A DNA stretch of 64,000 bases from the NCBI GenBank assembly GCA_046317875.1, contig JBKCVN010000011.1:10898-74897 (forward strand), given 5' to 3'. The stretch is from Alphaproteobacteria bacterium (GTDB lineage: Bacteria; Pseudomonadota; Alphaproteobacteria; UBA7879; UBA5542). Positions 60,605 through 64,000 of this stretch are shown here, piece by piece. Under the pieces are notes generated by a model. It saw only the letters and a list, made by a program, of their open reading frames with translations, was not told the origin of the DNA and made no database searches. Position numbers and translations under genes: made by a program. Position 1 is the first letter of the stretch, and each line of letters begins with the position of its first letter.

Positions 60605-60907
60605 TCAACCAACCAACCAATAAGTCGGGGATACTGTTGAAAATTTTTTTAGAAGGTTCCTTTGGAAGAATAAGTAGTGTCTATTTCTCGAGCCCCTAGA
60701 GAGCTTTCAGTAGAGTAGTAGATGCAACTCACTCCTGTCTATGAGGAAAAAACTGTGATCTAGATTCAATTCTTTTGATTAAAACCCAGGGTTGATTATC
60801 TATAGCTTATAAGTAATCCGCTAGTCGGCTAACCCGTTTAATCAATTAATAAGAAAAAATAAAGTCAATTTGTGGGGAGGTGGAAAAAGTATTAGGAAAA
60901 AGAAAGA

Positions 60908-60984
60908 ATGGCTCCCCGAACTGGACTCGAACCAGTGACCCAATGATTAACAGTCATTTGCTCTACCGACTGAGCTATCGGGGA
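60908..60984 (-). tRNA. tRNA-Asn (GTT), CCA encoded
   Basis: The reverse complement folds as a cloverleaf: acceptor TTCCCCG.../...CGGGGAG, anticodon loop CTGTTAATC, T-loop GGTTCGAGTCC. Confidence 0.9.
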
Positions 60985-61034
60985 ATACCATGTGTTGGTT
61001 TTATCAAATTACCCAACATAAATCCAGCGCTTTT

Positions 61035-61108
61035 TGGAGGCCGGGACCGGAATCGAACCAGCGTACAAGGATTTGCAGTCCTCTGCATCACCACTCTGCC
61101 ACCCGGCC
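61035..61108 (-). tRNA. tRNA-Cys (GCA), CCA encoded
   Basis: Reverse complement GGCCGGGTGGCAGAGTGG...CTGCAAATC...GGTTCGATTCCGGTCCCGGCCTCCA. 7-bp acceptor stem. Confidence 0.9.
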
Positions 61109-61213
61109 ATGGCGCTAGAGCCTAATAAAGTCATATTTTTCCAAGGTCGTCAAGGTAGTTTATCTTGAGTTTTTAAAGAAGGGGGGTAGAATAAGCAAAA
61201 AGGATCCTAATTT

Positions 61214-61366
61214 ATGCATCAGCAATTAACCCTTATGACTTCGGTCGTGAGCGATCTAAAAAGATCACTTCATCTTTATCAAGAGGTTTTAGGATGGAAA
61301 CGGTCTGACCGCAGCAATCAAAATATAGTTTTTTCAAATAGGTGGAATTTTTTTTCTTTATCTTAA
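61214..61366 (+). pseudogene. Truncated glyoxalase/VOC-family gene fragment (50-aa ORF)
   Basis: MHQQLTLMTSVVSDLKRSLHLYQEVLGWKR matches the N-terminal beta-alpha-beta unit of VOC proteins (..HVAL.V.DLE.S..FY..VLGF..). The frame ends after 50 codons with no further domain. Confidence 0.35.
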
Positions 61367-61474
61367 ACAATTATTGACCCAGGGTGCTTGCCTATCCAAT
61401 TCTGTTAGTTTTGCGAGATGGAACCTATTTCAGACTTTAAAATATAAAGAGGGGAAGTTTGTCTTCCATAAAGT

Positions 61475-62134
61475 ATGCCATTTGATATTCGACATCACCA
61501 TGTTCTAGAGCGCCAAATTGCCGCGTACGGTAACTTTGATCCCTTTATTATGGAACGCTTTGAAAAGACCCCCCGCAGCTTTTTTATGCCGCCGGACTTG
61601 GTCCACAGGGCCTATGTGGAAGACATATTACCCCTTTCGGACACGCGTGCTGTGATGATGCCCTTAAGCTTAGCCAAGCTGATGACCCATTTACCCCAGG
61701 CTTTGGAAAAAAACAGTATGGTGGTGGGGGGCAATACGGGATATGCTGCGGCTATTTTAAGCCATCTGGTATCATCCTTATTTTTATTAGAATCCGATGA
61801 ACGGTTTTTAGAAACGGCCCAAGCGGGCTTCAGTGCCTTGCATATCGACAATGTGGTGGTATGCCCCGGACCGTTGAAGGAAGGGTTGATGCGCCAAGGG
61901 CCCTTTCACTTTATTCTTATTGAGGGAGCCGTTGAATATGTGCCCAGCTGTTTTTTTGACCAATTATCAGACGATGGTTTAGGGGTATTTGCGTGCCAGT
62001 TTAAGGGCTTGCCCGTGGGGATGATGACCCGTTTCCAGCGCAACAAACAAGGGGTTGTTACAAAAAAAGAATTATTTGAAATGCCCGCTTATCCTTTGAA
62101 GGATTTTTTTCATCCCCCCCGCTTCGAGTTTTAA
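61475..62134 (+). CDS. Protein-L-isoaspartate O-methyltransferase-like (PCMT/PIMT family)
   Basis: 219 aa with PIMT-like order, but the SAM motif I is degenerate (..MVVGGNTGYAAAIL.. where a canonical GxGxG would sit). Confidence 0.6.
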   Translation: MPFDIRHHHVLERQIAAYGNFDPFIMERFEKTPRSFFMPPDLVHRAYVEDILPLSDTRAVMMPLSLAKLMTHLPQALEKNSMVVGGNTGYAAAILSHLVSSLFLLESDERFLETAQAGFSALHIDNVVVCPGPLKEGLMRQGPFHFILIEGAVEYVPSCFFDQLSDDGLGVFACQFKGLPVGMMTRFQRNKQGVVTKKELFEMPAYPLKDFFHPPRFEF

Positions 62135-62135
62135 T

Positions 62136-62453
62136 ATGAATTTAGAAATTTCGGTGCAGGATTTATCTGCCATAAAGGCCAGGAATCCTTCTGTGGTGAT
62201 CTTAGATGTGCGCGAAGGGTGGGAATTGCAAAAAGCAAGCCTCCCAGGTACCTTGCATATCCCCTTGGGCGAATTAATGATAGCCAAGGACCGATTGCCC
62301 AAAGATCTGCCCATTTATGTGCTATGCCACCATGGGGTGCGTAGTCTTAAGGCCACCCTATGGCTGAGGCAAGATGGGTATGAAGCGTACAGCGTGAAGG
62401 GTGGTATTCATGCCTGGGCCCGCGACATAGATCCCTCGGTGGGAATTTATTGA
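62136..62453 (+). CDS. Rhodanese-domain protein (single-domain sulfurtransferase)
   Basis: 105 aa. Active-site loop CHHGVRS. Begins 2 bp after the PIMT-like stop. Confidence 0.8.
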   Translation: MNLEISVQDLSAIKARNPSVVILDVREGWELQKASLPGTLHIPLGELMIAKDRLPKDLPIYVLCHHGVRSLKATLWLRQDGYEAYSVKGGIHAWARDIDPSVGIY

Positions 62454-62501
62454 TTAAAGCTGGGCAACTGGTCGTTAATTCTTAATTTAATATTGTTCCA
62501 T

Positions 62502-62531
62502 AAAAAAAAGGGCCCCGAAGGACCCCTTTTT
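62502..62531. terminator. Bidirectional terminator-like hairpin between the rhodanese (+) and porin (-) genes
   Basis: AAAAAAAAGGG-ccccgaaggac-CCCTTTTT. Confidence 0.5.
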
Positions 62532-62552
62532 GGTGATTCAACCCAGAATCGA

Positions 62553-63788
62553 TTAGAAACGAAGCTTGGTTCCAATCATAAGGGCTGTACCATGGTTGTT
62601 GGTGGCCACTGTGGAACGATCTGCGAAGATATCTCCACCATTTGTTTTTAAGTTGCCGTCTGCGATGGCAACAGCTGGGGCCTTTAGGGTGAAATGATCC
62701 ACTTCGGCGAAGGCTACCCAACCGGGGGCTACTACGTAATCCATAGTGGCGGTAATCACATCAGACTTAGCATCGCCTCCTTGAACTTTACGGCGAGATT
62801 GAGTGTACCCAATGCCCACATTTGCATTTTTGGCAAAATCATAGGCTACAGCCGCATCAAATCCCTTTGTGTGCGTCTGACGAGGTTGGGCGTTTTGCCC
62901 CCCGTAACGAATAGCTGATTTGTTATTATCCCAATAGGACGCACCAATTTGCCAGTTTTGGTAGTCGATTAAAGCCCCTACTTGGTATCCCTTAGTGTCA
63001 TGGAACTTGTCTGTGCTGATTAACGCAGCCTGGTTTGTTTGGTCATTACGTGTTTTACCAGTGTGGCCCACAAGGTACAAGCCCACATTATAGTTAGCAA
63101 AAGCTTTGTTATAAGAAAGACCTGCACCCATTAAATTTCGCGCATAAGGTGTACCGGTAGCAGATTTTAAATCACCATTAGAACTTAAGTTCAAGCCACG
63201 CCCAGCTTTACCATTCAGCTTTGTGCTGGGGGTGAAGTCTAAACCAATTTGGAAACCTTTCATTTCAGGGGATACCCACACCAACTTTGTGGCTTTGTCA
63301 TTCGCAGCTGCAATGCCAGGGCGTATATCTACGTGACGGGTTACGTTGATAAGGTCTTTCAGGTCACCACCGGCGCCACCAAGACCACCTAATACATCTG
63401 TACCACTGTACATCATGGTTTGAACGATACCCTCCGTATCACCAATCTTTACGTTACCGAAGGAATCGCCGTTGGTGTACACATAAAGTTCCTTTACGCG
63501 GTCGGATTCCCCTTTGGCGCGGTCCAGTTCAAGAACAGCCATGGCACCATAGCCCAGCCCATTGTTAGACGTTCCACCCACGTTTACAACCAGGTTACCC
63601 TTAGAAACAAAGTTCACTTCACGGGGGTTAGGTTGTCTGCGATTGCTTTGGTTTACGCCCACACCGGCGGCTGTGATGCTTCCACCCAAGCTTAGTGTAG
63701 GACCTTGACTTACGGCACCTTCAGCCGCTGCATTCAACGCAAATAAAGAAGCGCTGAGAAGGGCGGCATTTCTGAAAATATTTTTCAT
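62553..63788 (-). CDS. Outer-membrane porin, alphaproteobacterial (Porin_2-like) type
   Basis: 411 aa. Signal peptide, alternating amphipathic beta-strands, C-terminal ..GTKLRF. Confidence 0.75.
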   Translation of the reverse strand: MKNIFRNAALLSASLFALNAAAEGAVSQGPTLSLGGSITAAGVGVNQSNRRQPNPREVNFVSKGNLVVNVGGTSNNGLGYGAMAVLELDRAKGESDRVKELYVYTNGDSFGNVKIGDTEGIVQTMMYSGTDVLGGLGGAGGDLKDLINVTRHVDIRPGIAAANDKATKLVWVSPEMKGFQIGLDFTPSTKLNGKAGRGLNLSSNGDLKSATGTPYARNLMGAGLSYNKAFANYNVGLYLVGHTGKTRNDQTNQAALISTDKFHDTKGYQVGALIDYQNWQIGASYWDNNKSAIRYGGQNAQPRQTHTKGFDAAVAYDFAKNANVGIGYTQSRRKVQGGDAKSDVITATMDYVVAPGWVAFAEVDHFTLKAPAVAIADGNLKTNGGDIFADRSTVATNNHGTALMIGTKLRF

Positions 63789-64000
63789 TGTTAATACTCC
63801 TAAAATCTAAAATAAAGTTTTCTCAGTCCCTATCAAAACCTATTTTTTAAGAAAAGACAAGGGTGCCTTCTGGCCCATTTTTATAAAGTATAAATGTGTT
63901 GCGACAGGGCAACATGAAGCAGGTTTATTCTAAAGGAGCGGGATATTGGCGGGGGAATGAGGAACCTTCTGGTTTTTCTAGGGGGCCTCGTTTACCGCAA

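Noticed and set aside
60601-60860. Possible att-like direct repeat TTAATCAA..AATAAG at 60601 and 60838 flanking the spacer before tRNA-Asn
   Set aside because: The match is only 8 + 6 nt and lies in AT-rich sequence. It does not include the tRNA 3' end as true att sites do, and there is no integrase nearby.
60880-61125. 81-aa plus-strand ORF
   Set aside because: It lies entirely over the antisense of tRNA-Asn and tRNA-Cys, so it is an RNA-gene shadow ORF.
62136-62453. PIMT-like plus rhodanese pair as a functional 'system'
   Set aside because: Adjacent small housekeeping genes with a 2-bp gap, and no evidence of functional coupling beyond co-transcription.
1-64000. CRISPR arrays, integrases, transposases, prophage or restriction-modification/defence genes
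   Set aside because: I scanned intergenic regions and all ORFs of 60 aa or more. I found no regular repeat-spacer arrays, no recombinase or transposase-like proteins, and no nuclease, methylase or ATPase pairs typical of defence islands.

Overview
This 64 kb window looks like a low-GC, gene-dense bacterial chromosome segment, most likely alphaproteobacterial and possibly host-associated. That placement is inference only, from hrcA-grpE without dnaK, an alphaproteobacterial-type porin ending in F, an autotransporter, ProP-like and AmpG-like MFS transporters, a giant NAD-GDH, thyX, and queuosine salvage (yhhQ-tgt). Most of the window is housekeeping: hrcA (5' partial), grpE, uvrA, ftsK, yajC-secD-secF, thyX, rpmB, tgt, typA, nusA-infB, plsY, cysS, gltX, miaA, and three tRNAs (Gly-GCC, Asn-GTT, Cys-GCA). 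The strongest RNA feature is a cobalamin riboswitch on the minus strand, with a perfect B12 box, directly upstream of a btuB/F/C/D-like TonB-receptor plus ABC-importer operon that runs on into miaA. Two regions look accessory. The first is 13.8-19.6 kb: an 835-bp noncoding spacer carrying a frameshifted ORF remnant, then an FkbM-like lipoprotein, a DUF4385-like protein, cspA, a secreted BBE-type FAD oxidase, and small secreted or lipoproteins. The second is 52.6-61.5 kb: a Cys-rich secreted protein, a translationally coupled four-gene tripartite ABC exporter (FtsX-type permease, ATPase, HlyD adaptor, NodT-type outer-membrane factor), a 697-aa signal-peptide protein with degenerate roughly 35-aa repeats, and two tRNAs flanked by a glyoxalase/VOC gene fragment. 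I found no CRISPR array, integrase, transposase, or recognisable defence system. The most novel candidate is the exporter plus repeat-protein module, and the call rests on gene arrangement plus protein features read by eye, with no database search behind it.
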